DNA from: Acidimicrobiia bacterium
Lineage (GTDB): Bacteria; Actinomycetota; Acidimicrobiia; Spongiisociales; UBA11373
NCBI GenBank assembly: GCA_041572755.1
Contig: JBFFRY010000006.1
Span: forward strand, 11,923-75,922
DNA: 64,000 nucleotides
Direction: 5' to 3'
Positions within the stretch are counted from its first letter, which is position 1, and the number at the start of each line of letters is the position of its first letter. Below the pieces are notes generated by a model. That model made no database searches. It worked only from the letters and a program-made list of their open reading frames with translations, and was not told the DNA's origin. Position numbers and translations under genes: made by a program. This document shows positions 9,128 through 17,596 of the stretch, piece after piece.

Positions 9128-10107
9128 CAGGCGCCGACCTTGGTCCCCGGGACTGGGACTCCCTGTGCGATGCCGTCGACGATCTCTCCGAGATCGGAGC
9201 CGCGCATCTGGGCCTCCGGCCGGAGGATGAGCCGATGGGTGAGCACCGGCCGCAGCATCGCCTTGACATCGTCGGGGGTGACGTAGTGGCGGCCTTCGAC
9301 CGCGGCCCGGGTGCGGGCGACCCGCTGGAGAAACAGCGTCGCCCGGGGTGACGCCCCGAGGAGCAGATCGGGATCGTCCCGGGTCGCTTCGACCGCGTCG
9401 ACGAGGTACTCCTTGACCGGATCGGACACGTACACCCGGCTGGCGATGTCCCTCATCTGCACCACGTCCTCCTGGGTGACCACCGGCTGGAGGTCTTCGA
9501 AGGTGGAGCGGATCCCATGGGTGTCGAGGATCTCGAGCTCCTTGGCTCGGGACGGGTAGCCCATCACGACGCGCATCATGAAGCGGTCCAGCTGTGCCTC
9601 GGGGAGCGGGTAGGTGCCTTCGTGCTCGATGGGGTTTTGTGTGGCGATCACCATGAACGGGGGCTCGAGGGTGCGGGTGACGCCGTCGACCGTGACCTGC
9701 CGCTCCTCCATGGCCTCGAGCAGCGCGGCCTGGGTCTTGGGGCTGGCTCGGTTGATCTCGTCGCCGAGCACGATGTTGCTGAACACCGGTCCCGGACGGA
9801 AGACGAAGCCGTTGCGCTCACGATCCCATACCGAGACCCCGGTGACGTCGGAGGGGAGGAGATCGGGGGTGAACTGGATCCGCTGGAAGCTGCAGTGGAT
9901 CGATCGTGCCAGCGATTTGGCGAGCAGCGTCTTTCCGACGCCGGGGACGTCTTCGATGAGGACGTGGCCCCCCGCCAGCAGGCTGAGCACGATGCGATCG
10001 ACCACGTCGCGCTTTCCTTGGATGACCATCTCGATGTTGCCGGCGATGGCCTGGAATCGTTCTGAGAACCAGCCGAGATCCTCGGTGTTGACGGGTGGTG
10101 CTGTCAC
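9127..10107 (-). CDS. moxR: MoxR family AAA+ ATPase
   Basis: Walker A GVGKT; full-length MoxR (AAA_3) architecture. Confidence 0.9.
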   Translation of the reverse strand: MTAPPVNTEDLGWFSERFQAIAGNIEMVIQGKRDVVDRIVLSLLAGGHVLIEDVPGVGKTLLAKSLARSIHCSFQRIQFTPDLLPSDVTGVSVWDRERNGFVFRPGPVFSNIVLGDEINRASPKTQAALLEAMEERQVTVDGVTRTLEPPFMVIATQNPIEHEGTYPLPEAQLDRFMMRVVMGYPSRAKELEILDTHGIRSTFEDLQPVVTQEDVVQMRDIASRVYVSDPVKEYLVDAVEATRDDPDLLLGASPRATLFLQRVARTRAAVEGRHYVTPDDVKAMLRPVLTHRLILRPEAQMRGSDLGEIVDGIAQGVPVPGTKVGA

Positions 10108-10174
10108 GAGTGCTCCTTCGGGGCGCCGGTCAGGTTATCAGCACGCCGTGTCTGTGCGCCCGTACAATCGCCGG

Positions 10175-10414
10175 GTGTCACTTCGGGTGCTGCTCGCATT
10201 GTTGCGCCATCCCCGGTTGTGGGTGGAGGCGGTGGGGGCGGCCCGGGCTCATGGATGCAAAGAGTGGCAGTATCGACTACTATTAGTGCCACCACCGGAA
10301 CGGGTGTACCTGAAGTGGCGGATCGCCACGGCGTACGGGTCTCCCGACTCCGTGCTCGAACCGGACGACGTGATCGCCTACCTCCGGTGGCGGCAGAGAC
10401 ACAGGGCGACGTGA
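10175..10414 (+). CDS. Small basic hypothetical protein (about 80 aa)
   Basis: GTG start 7 nt downstream of a TACAAT -10-like hexamer (possible leaderless mRNA); GC3-rich; no family recognised. Confidence 0.25.
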   Translation: MSLRVLLALLRHPRLWVEAVGAARAHGCKEWQYRLLLVPPPERVYLKWRIATAYGSPDSVLEPDDVIAYLRWRQRHRAT

Positions 10415-10424
10415 AGGGGAGTCA

Positions 10425-11141
10425 ATGGCGACACAGAGCCTGCGCGAGGCACTCCTGGCGCTCCCCGGAGTGGCCGAAGCGGATGTCGACGAGAGCAGTG
10501 GGGCGCCGTCCGGGGTGCGGGTGACCTTGGCACCGGATGCCGACGGCCGGGTGGTGGGAGCCGCGGTGCAGCGGGTCCTGGCCACTCACGGCCTGAGATC
10601 GCGCATCACCGCCGGCAACGAGCCGGGTGCCGCTCCATCGGGAAACGGAGCGCCGGCCGGCGAAGCCGACTTCGTACCGCCTCCCCCCCCGACGACGCCA
10701 CCCCCCGATCCCGGGGCGATCGTCGCCGAAGAGGCCTCCGCCGCTCCGGAGAGTGTGGATGCCGCCCTCGTCCCCGACGAGACGGCAGAGGCGCCGGGTC
10801 CGCCGAGCAACGACTTCGAACTGGCTTCGGTCGCCGTCTCCGAGACCACTGATGCCGTGACCGTGACGGCGACGGCCACCGACGGACGGACCCACACGCT
10901 TGAAGGAGCCCCGACCGAGGACGGGCTGTTTGGGGCGGTGATCGGAGCCGTTGCGGCGCTCGCCGCCGGTGCCCCATCCACCGTCGTATCCGTCGATGCG
11001 CAGCGAACGGCCGGCAGCGAAGTGATCACCGTGGTGCTCGAGGGCCCCGACGGTCGTCGCACTGCCGGGGCGGCGGTCGTGGTAGCCGACCGGGCCTTTG
11101 CCGCGGCCCGGGCGACGGTGGCGGCTATTCGGAGCCGCTGA
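10425..11141 (+). CDS. Hypothetical two-domain protein with Pro-rich linker
   Basis: Good SD (AAGGGGAG, 7 nt) and strong GC3 bias; two roughly 60-aa alpha/beta-like domains joined by PPPPPTTPPPDPG; no family recognised. Confidence 0.5.
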   Translation: MATQSLREALLALPGVAEADVDESSGAPSGVRVTLAPDADGRVVGAAVQRVLATHGLRSRITAGNEPGAAPSGNGAPAGEADFVPPPPPTTPPPDPGAIVAEEASAAPESVDAALVPDETAEAPGPPSNDFELASVAVSETTDAVTVTATATDGRTHTLEGAPTEDGLFGAVIGAVAALAAGAPSTVVSVDAQRTAGSEVITVVLEGPDGRRTAGAAVVVADRAFAAARATVAAIRSR

Positions 11142-11637
11142 GCGGATCCGGCTCGACCCCGACGGCGGCCGGCAGGAGCTGCACGATCACCTCGGCCTCG
11201 CCGGGCCCGGTGAGGGGACGGGAACCCGCTGATCGGGCATACTCGCTCACCCGCTCGAGAACGTCCCGAATGAACATGCGGGTTGGGCCGGGGGTCTCAC
11301 CGGTGATGATGACGCTCTCGGGCTCACGGGTCGAGAAGACCGCCACGCCTCGGGAGCGGAGGTCCCACAGCATGATCTCTTGCACGACGTGGTCGGCCGA
11401 GAGCGTCTCGAGACCGGGCACCACCACGGCCTCCACCCGGCCTCCGTCGACCACTCCGAGCAGTGAGAGGTAGCCCTCGTGGCCCAGCGGTCGGCCCGGG
11501 TGGAGAACGTCCTGGCAGATGGCGATGAGACTGTGCGCTTCCGCTCCGGCCCAGCGGCGGATCTCCTCTTGCTGGGCAAAAGCCGGGCGCATCTCGTCGG
11601 GGTCCTGAGACTCCCTGATGTAGCCGGCGACCCGCAT
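11125..11637 (-). CDS. Resolvase-like protein (serine-recombinase catalytic domain only, no HTH)
   Basis: MRVAGYIRESQD matches the resolvase N-terminus (YxRVSTxxQ, Ser retained); E-helix-like C-terminus; no DNA-binding HTH; strong SD GAGGAGG. Confidence 0.5.
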   Translation of the reverse strand: MRVAGYIRESQDPDEMRPAFAQQEEIRRWAGAEAHSLIAICQDVLHPGRPLGHEGYLSLLGVVDGGRVEAVVVPGLETLSADHVVQEIMLWDLRSRGVAVFSTREPESVIITGETPGPTRMFIRDVLERVSEYARSAGSRPLTGPGEAEVIVQLLPAAVGVEPDPLSGSE

Positions 11638-11738
11638 CAGACCTCCTCGGGCGCGCTCACCATCACGGAGCGCGTCTGGGTGATACCCAGAGTAGTAGGT
11701 GCGGGCCGGGCAGGCACCCCCTGGTAGGCTGCGCGCCG

Positions 11739-12257
11739 ATGCCACAGGCCCTGGTGCTCAACGCCACCTACGAGCCGCTGTCGGTCGTGTCGGCCCGCCG
11801 GGCGGTCGTGCTGCTGGTGCGCGACAAGGCCGAGCTCATCGAGTCCAACGGGGGCCACTGGGCCTCTGAACGGATGCGCATTCCGGTGCCGTCGGTGATC
11901 AGGCTGCTTCGCTACGTGAAGGTGCCGTATCGGAGGCGGGTGCCTCTCAATCGGCGGGCCGTGTTCGCCAGGGACGGGCACGCCTGCCAGTACTGCGGCG
12001 ATGGCGCCGAGAACCTCGACCACGTGATCCCCCGCAGCCGGGGCGGTGATCACACCTGGGAGAATGTGGTGGCGGCGTGTCGGCGCTGCAATACCCGCAA
12101 GGGGAATCGCACACCGGGGGAGTCTGGGTTGCAGCTCCGGCGCCGGCCCCGGGCGCCCCGCGAGCACGGGTGGCTCCTGGTGGGGCTGGGTCGTCCGCCT
12201 GACCCGAGCTGGCAGCCTTATCTGCCTTCGCTGGTCCTCGAGGGTTCGGGCGCTTAG
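11739..12257 (+). CDS. HNH endonuclease
   Basis: HNH nuclease core with H..N..H and zinc-binding Cys (DGHACQYCGDGAENLDHVIPRSRGGDHTWENVVAACRRCNTRKG). Confidence 0.85.
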   Translation: MPQALVLNATYEPLSVVSARRAVVLLVRDKAELIESNGGHWASERMRIPVPSVIRLLRYVKVPYRRRVPLNRRAVFARDGHACQYCGDGAENLDHVIPRSRGGDHTWENVVAACRRCNTRKGNRTPGESGLQLRRRPRAPREHGWLLVGLGRPPDPSWQPYLPSLVLEGSGA

Positions 12258-12538
12258 GTCTGCTCCGTCTTCCTGCGCCGGCGACGGCGACGGAGGTACC
12301 ACCCGGCGGTCCGGGTGATCACGGCACCGGCGAGGAACGTCACCGCGAGAATGAGCCACAGGGGGGCGTTCCACTCCCACCACGCAAACTCGACTCGGCG
12401 TGACTCCATGTTCGAGAAGATGAGTACCAGCACCGGCGCCACCACGAAGAGCAGGAACGCGGCCGGATCCAGCCAGCGACGTAGCTGCCGCGGCTCTGGC
12501 GCCGGTTCGGGCGTCTCGGACATGGGCTGGTCGGTCAT
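12254..12538 (-). CDS. LapA/DUF1049-like small membrane protein
   Basis: 94 aa; TM helix pair with a Trp-rich segment (VEFAWWEWNAPLWLILAVTFLAGAV) and a basic tail RRRRRRRK; ATGA-coupled to the upstream uspA. Confidence 0.45.
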   Translation of the reverse strand: MTDQPMSETPEPAPEPRQLRRWLDPAAFLLFVVAPVLVLIFSNMESRRVEFAWWEWNAPLWLILAVTFLAGAVITRTAGWYLRRRRRRRKTEQT

Positions 12539-13056
12539 CACTCGCTCCTCATCACGAGGACGGGGCAAGGGGCGCGGCGTGCCAGCTTGGTGCCGGTCGA
12601 GCCGAGGAGCCCCTCGAAGATCCCGCGTCCCTTGGCGCCGACGCAGACCACGTCGATGTCGCTGCGGCGAATCTCGGAGATGATCTCGACCGCAGGATCT
12701 TCCCCCTCGCGGACTTCGACTGCGACTTCGAGGCCGGCGCCTCGGAGCGCGGCGACCAGAGGCGCGGTCCGGCTCTCCTTCTGGTCGCTCAGGTACCGCT
12801 TGATCATCTCTTCGTCCCCAGGCCAACCGGCCGGGGTCTCGGATTTGGCGGTCCGCATTCCAACGTACTCGGCGTCCTGATCGGTGGTGGTCGGAGGCAG
12901 CTCGCCGAAGATGGCCCTGAGGTCTCGCAGCAGGTTGCGGTTGACTTCGATGACCGTGATGACGGTGACCCGCCCGTCGTCACCGGCCAGGCCGATGGCA
13001 TAGGGGGTGACGAACCCGGGATCGAGGGTCCCATCGGTTGCGATCAAGACATGCAC
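12538..13056 (-). CDS. Universal stress protein UspA family
   Basis: Usp fold with ATP-binding G-x2-G-x9-G(S/T) region (VGAKGRGIFEGLLGSTGTKLARRAPCPVLVM); GTG start has a perfect SD AAGGAGG at 5 nt. Confidence 0.75.
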   Translation of the reverse strand: MHVLIATDGTLDPGFVTPYAIGLAGDDGRVTVITVIEVNRNLLRDLRAIFGELPPTTTDQDAEYVGMRTAKSETPAGWPGDEEMIKRYLSDQKESRTAPLVAALRGAGLEVAVEVREGEDPAVEIISEIRRSDIDVVCVGAKGRGIFEGLLGSTGTKLARRAPCPVLVMRSE

Positions 13057-13096
13057 GGCGCCCTCCTTGTTCGGCTGCAGCATAGGCGGCGAAGGC

Positions 13097-13822
13097 TCAG
13101 GCGAGACCCTCCCAGGGATCGCGCCCGATCCAGTCCCGGGCCTCGAGCTTGGCGCCGGACGGTTCGGGAGCATTGGGGTGGGCGAGCCTGAGGAACAGGG
13201 GGGCGATGTCGGCGGGGCTGGGGATCGTGGAGGGGTCCTCCTCGGGAGCGGCCGCCGCCCTCATGGGTGTGGCGGTCCCTCCGGGGTTGACGCTGTAGAC
13301 CCGACCTTGCCACTCGTCGGCGAGGATCTCGAGCCAGCCCTCGAGTGCTCGCTTGGAGATCGAGTACATGCCCCATCCGCCGCGGCCGACGCGACCCACG
13401 GTGCTGGATACCCCGACGACGACGGGGCGACGGCCGGCGGCCAGCGATGGCGCCAGCTGCTGGTGCAGGAGGTGCACGGCTGTGACGTTGACGTTGAACA
13501 CCCGCTGCCAGTGATCCTCCGGGTAGTGCTCGAGGGAGACCCCGATCGGCCCCAGCAGGCCGGCGGCGTGGATCACGACGTCGAGCGACCCGCCGGCGTG
13601 AGCGAGCGCGGTGGCAACCTTCCGCCGGCCGGCATCGGTGGTCAGATCGGCGGTCACCGGAGTGGCGTGACCTGGGGGAAGGTCGGCGACGGTGGCATCG
13701 AGGGCGTCGCTGCGTCGCCCGATGGTCCAGACCCGGGCTCCGGCGGCGACGTAGCGGCGGGTGAGTTCGCGCCCGATCCCGGATGATCCGCCGGTGACCA
13801 CGATGCGCCTGCCGTCGAGCAC
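13097..13822 (-). CDS. SDR family oxidoreductase
   Basis: TGGSSGIGRE Rossmann motif; catalytic S and YxxxK (MYSISK); 241 aa. Confidence 0.85.
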   Translation of the reverse strand: MLDGRRIVVTGGSSGIGRELTRRYVAAGARVWTIGRRSDALDATVADLPPGHATPVTADLTTDAGRRKVATALAHAGGSLDVVIHAAGLLGPIGVSLEHYPEDHWQRVFNVNVTAVHLLHQQLAPSLAAGRRPVVVGVSSTVGRVGRGGWGMYSISKRALEGWLEILADEWQGRVYSVNPGGTATPMRAAAAPEEDPSTIPSPADIAPLFLRLAHPNAPEPSGAKLEARDWIGRDPWEGLA

Positions 13823-13895
13823 CGCCCCAGGTTACCGGGTGGACCGGGAAGGCTCGATCGGGGGGTCGATGGTGGCGCGACGGGGGTGAAATAGG

Positions 13896-13938
13896 TTGAC
13901 AAGTGGGGAATTAGGGAGCAAAGTGGGGCGCAGTGGAG
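13896..13938 (+). promoter_or_regulatory. Putative dcw-cluster promoter (TTGACA -35) with four direct MraZ-box-like repeats at 10-bp periodicity
   Basis: TTGACA at 13896-13901; direct repeats AGTGGGG / TAGGGAG / AGTGGGG / AGTGGAG at 13902, 13912, 13922 and 13932, about 70 bp upstream of mraZ. Confidence 0.5.
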
Positions 13939-14010
13939 ACCAAGGGAGGCGCCGCTACAGGCCCTCCCCCAGCAATGCCACCGCGGTGGCACGGGAAAGG
14001 TGCGGGGCCA

Positions 14011-14442
14011 TTGTTCCTGGGCGAGTACCAGCACAGCGTGGACGAGAAGGGGCGGCTGGTGATGCCCAGCCGCTTTCGGGATCGTCTCGCCGACGGGGTC
14101 GTCATCACCAAGGGTCAGGAGCGGTGCCTGTACGTGTTTCCTCTCGACCGCTGGGAAGAAGAGGTCACCAAGGTCAACCGGCTCCCTCGAACCAACCGGC
14201 GCAATCGCAACTATGCCCGGTCGTTCTTCGGGTCGGCCAACGACCAGCAACTCGATCGGCAAGGCCGCATCCAGATCTCGCCTCCCCTGCGCTCCTTCGC
14301 CGGCCTCGACAAGGACGTGGCCGTCGTGGGAGTCGCAGACCGGGTGGAGATCTGGGATGCGGCCACCTGGGTCGAGCTGTCCTCACAGGCCGACGAGTTG
14401 TACGCGGACATCGAAGAGGCCCTCAGTGAGGAGGGGATCTGA
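14011..14442 (+). CDS. mraZ: Transcriptional regulator MraZ
   Basis: TTG start gives the canonical N-terminus MFLGEYQHSVDEKGRLVMPSRFR; two DXXXR repeats; SD GGAAAGG. Confidence 0.9.
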   Translation: MFLGEYQHSVDEKGRLVMPSRFRDRLADGVVITKGQERCLYVFPLDRWEEEVTKVNRLPRTNRRNRNYARSFFGSANDQQLDRQGRIQISPPLRSFAGLDKDVAVVGVADRVEIWDAATWVELSSQADELYADIEEALSEEGI

Positions 14443-14554
14443 GTGTCAACCCAACACTGTCAGGCTGGCCCAGCGTCAGCCTCCCGGATGCCATGTGGAA
14501 TGCCCCGAACTCCGCCCGCTTCCATTCTGGCGCCAGCGCTCCGGGGGGCTGACG

Positions 14555-15472
14555 GTGGGTCCGTCCTACCACGATGCGGTCCTCGTCTCCGAGGTCGCCC
14601 GGCTGATGGCGCCGGTCGGCCCCGGCGTGATCGTCGACGCCACCTTCGGGGGTGGAGGTCACACTGCGGCGATTCTCGAAGCGGTTCGAGGATGCCGGGT
14701 GTTGGCGGTGGATCGCGACCCGGCGGCCGCGCCGCACGCCGCTCGATTCGGCAGCTCGGTGCGATTCGTCGCCGGCAACTTCCGGATGCTGGACCGAATA
14801 CTCGAAGAGGAGGGCATCGATGAGATCGCTGGAGCCGTTTTCGACCTCGGTGTCTCGTCACATCAGTTCGACGTGGGGGACCGAGGCTTCTCCTATCACC
14901 GACGGGGCTCCCTCGACATGCGCATGGGGCCGGACGCGGCCCACACCGCGGACGAGGTGGTCAACGGTTGGGAGCGACATCGGCTCGCCGATGCCCTCCG
15001 GCGCTACGGAGAAGAGCGCCACGCCGGTCGAATCGCCGACGCCGTCGTCGCCGCACGCCCGGTCGAGGACACGGTCCAGCTGGCGCGGGTGGTCGCCGAC
15101 GCCGTGCCGGCTCGCTCCCGGCGGTCCGGTCATCCCGCTCGGCGCACATTCCAGGCCATTCGGATCGCCGTCAACGACGAGCTCGGCGCACTCACCGACG
15201 GTCTCGACATCGCCGTGCGGATGCTGCGAGTCGGGGGTCGCGTGGTCGTGATCTCCTACCACTCACTGGAGGATCGAATCACCAAACGGCGTTTCGCCGA
15301 GGGCGCTCGGGGTTGTGTGTGCCCGCCCGATCTGCCGGTGTGTGGGTGCGATGCGATCGCCGAGCTGCGGATCCTGACCCGGAGCCCGATACGTCCTACT
15401 CCCGATGAGATCGTTGCCAACCGTCGGGCACGGAGCGCCCGTCTCCGAGCGGCCGAAAGGGTGGCGTCGTGA
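14555..15472 (+). CDS. rsmH: 16S rRNA (cytosine1402-N4)-methyltransferase RsmH
   Basis: SAM-binding FGGGGH; MraW family throughout; start codon uncertain (GTG 14555 or GTG 14495). Confidence 0.85.
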   Translation: MGPSYHDAVLVSEVARLMAPVGPGVIVDATFGGGGHTAAILEAVRGCRVLAVDRDPAAAPHAARFGSSVRFVAGNFRMLDRILEEEGIDEIAGAVFDLGVSSHQFDVGDRGFSYHRRGSLDMRMGPDAAHTADEVVNGWERHRLADALRRYGEERHAGRIADAVVAARPVEDTVQLARVVADAVPARSRRSGHPARRTFQAIRIAVNDELGALTDGLDIAVRMLRVGGRVVVISYHSLEDRITKRRFAEGARGCVCPPDLPVCGCDAIAELRILTRSPIRPTPDEIVANRRARSARLRAAERVAS

Positions 15473-15873
15473 CGGCGCCGGCCCGGGTGCTGCCGGCGGC
15501 GCCCCGGCCACGGCTGCGGGTCGTGATCGGCCCCCAACGACACCGCCGGCGGGGCGTGTGGGTGATGATCGGTGCGGCGGTGACGGCGGCCTTTCTGCTC
15601 GTCACCTATGCCCGGATCGCGCTCGACCGTTCGGCGTTCGTGCTCGACGATCTCGACCGGAAGACGGAAGTCGAGGAGACCCGGTATTGGCAGCTCCGCG
15701 TCGAGGTGGCCCGGTTGCAGGCACCGGAGCGCATCACGGAAGCAGCTGCCGAGCTGGGCCTCACCTACCCGGCCGAAGTAGTCACGATCGAGGTTCCGGG
15801 ACTCGAAGCGCTCGAGTCGGCGACCGAAGAGCGATGGGCGGACCTCAAGGCTCGATTGAGCGCCCGGCCCTGA
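15469..15873 (+). CDS. ftsL: Cell division protein FtsL
   Basis: Single TM helix plus coiled coil; position between rsmH and ftsI; GTGA overlap with rsmH. Confidence 0.7.
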   Translation: MTAPARVLPAAPRPRLRVVIGPQRHRRRGVWVMIGAAVTAAFLLVTYARIALDRSAFVLDDLDRKTEVEETRYWQLRVEVARLQAPERITEAAAELGLTYPAEVVTIEVPGLEALESATEERWADLKARLSARP

Positions 15874-15904
15874 GGCCGGGCGACGGAGGGACGGGGAGGA
15901 CGAT

Positions 15905-17596
15905 GTGGACCGGCGCCGCCGGGGATTGAATGCGCGGTTGATCAGCGTCGGGACGGTGCTGGCGCTGGCCTGGGTCGGCATCGGATACCGGCTCGCCGTC
16001 GTCCAAGGGATGGAAGCCGACGTCTTCGCCGCTCGGGGTCTCGATCAGCGCCTCCAGCGGGAGGTCCTCGCCGCCGATCGCGGCACGATCTTCGATCGTG
16101 ACGGCCGGGAGCTGGCGGTGACCGTCGATGCCGTGACCGTCTATGCCAACCCCCTCGAGATCGAGGATCCGGAGACGGTGGCCCGCTTGCTGGCCCCGCT
16201 GGTCGGACGGCAGCCGGAAGCGGTCCTCACCGACCTCTCCGGGGACGGGTCCTTCGCATACGTGGCCCGGCAGGTCGACGACGGCGTCGCCGAAATGGTC
16301 GAGGCGGCCCGCTTGCCCGGCATCTACTTCCTGCGGGAGCCGAAGCGGGTCTACCCGACCGGCGGACTGCTCGCTCAGGTGCTGGGCATCGTCGCCACCG
16401 ACGACAACTCGGGCCTGGAGGGGCTCGAACTGCAGTACGACGAGCAACTGAGCGGCACTCCCGGAGAGTTGCTCGTCGAGCGGGACCCCTATGGGCGCAC
16501 CATCCCCCAGGGCGAGTACGAGGTCGTCCCTGCCGAGCCGGGTTCCGATCTCGTGCTCACCATCAAGACGGAGATCCAGTTCGCCGCCCATGAGGCCCTC
16601 GTGGAGGCCCTGGAACGAACCGGCGCCTCCGGGGGGTCGGCGGTGGTGGTCGATCCGGCAACGGGGGAGATCCTCGCCATGGTGAACCTGCCCACGTTCG
16701 ACCCCAACGACCGCACCTCGACCGATCCCACCGTGATTCGCAACAGGGCCGTGACCGACACCTTCGAGCCGGGTTCGACTCAGAAGCTGATCACGATCGC
16801 CGCGGCTCTGGAGTCGGGCGTGGTGGCGCCGGCGACGGCCTTCGCCATCCCGCATGCCATCGAGCGCGCCGACACCGTCTACCGCGACATCACGGTGCAT
16901 CCCGACCAGCTCACCGTCACGGAGATCGTCGCCTACTCGTCGAACCTCGGCACGATCCTGGTGGGCGAGGAACTCGGGGTTCGCCGACTCCACGCTTCCC
17001 TCTCCTCCTTCGGTCTCGGAAGGCTCTCGGGCATCGACTTTCCCGGTGAGGCAGGGGGTCTCCTCCGCCCCCCCGAGGAGTGGTGCGCAACGACCTGCCT
17101 GGCGTCGACGGCGATCGGCTACCGGGTCTCGGTGACCGCCCTCCAGATGGCCATGGTGTACGCCACCATCGCCAACGACGGCGTCTGGGTGGAGCCCCAC
17201 CTCGTTCGTGAGATGGTGGACGGCGAGGGACGGCGCGAGACCGCCGAAGCCCTCGAGCGCCGCGTCGTCACGGACATCACCGCCCGGCAAATGCGGATCA
17301 TGCTGGAGGCCGTGGTCGACCGTGGTACCGGGACACTGGGCGCGGTGGACGGCTATCGGGTCGGAGGCAAGACGGGCACGACCGAGAAGTACCTGATCGA
17401 CTCGCAGCAGTACAGCGAGAACGACGTGGTGGCGAGCTTCATCGGCATGGCCCCGATCGACGAGCCGCGAGTGGTGGTGGCGGTGGTACTCGACGCTCCT
17501 CAGTCCTACGCCAGCGGCGGCCAAGGCGCAGCCCCGGTCTTTGCCGAGATCACTCTGGCCGCGCTCCACCAACTCGGAGTGCCTCCCCATGGATGA
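15905..17596 (+). CDS. ftsI: Peptidoglycan D,D-transpeptidase FtsI (class B PBP)
   Basis: N-terminal TM; PBP dimerisation domain; transpeptidase SxxK (STQK), SSN (acyl-enzyme loop) and KTG motifs. Confidence 0.9.
   Translation: MDRRRRGLNARLISVGTVLALAWVGIGYRLAVVQGMEADVFAARGLDQRLQREVLAADRGTIFDRDGRELAVTVDAVTVYANPLEIEDPETVARLLAPLVGRQPEAVLTDLSGDGSFAYVARQVDDGVAEMVEAARLPGIYFLREPKRVYPTGGLLAQVLGIVATDDNSGLEGLELQYDEQLSGTPGELLVERDPYGRTIPQGEYEVVPAEPGSDLVLTIKTEIQFAAHEALVEALERTGASGGSAVVVDPATGEILAMVNLPTFDPNDRTSTDPTVIRNRAVTDTFEPGSTQKLITIAAALESGVVAPATAFAIPHAIERADTVYRDITVHPDQLTVTEIVAYSSNLGTILVGEELGVRRLHASLSSFGLGRLSGIDFPGEAGGLLRPPEEWCATTCLASTAIGYRVSVTALQMAMVYATIANDGVWVEPHLVREMVDGEGRRETAEALERRVVTDITARQMRIMLEAVVDRGTGTLGAVDGYRVGGKTGTTEKYLIDSQQYSENDVVASFIGMAPIDEPRVVVAVVLDAPQSYASGGQGAAPVFAEITLAALHQLGVPPHG

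Noticed and set aside
10175-12538. Resolvase-like gene, HNH endonuclease and hypothetical genes considered as a mobile element or prophage remnant
   Set aside because: There is no integrase, transposase, terminal inverted or direct repeats, or tRNA target. GC content and codon usage are indistinguishable from the flanks. The resolvase-like protein lacks a DNA-binding domain. Described as individual genes instead.
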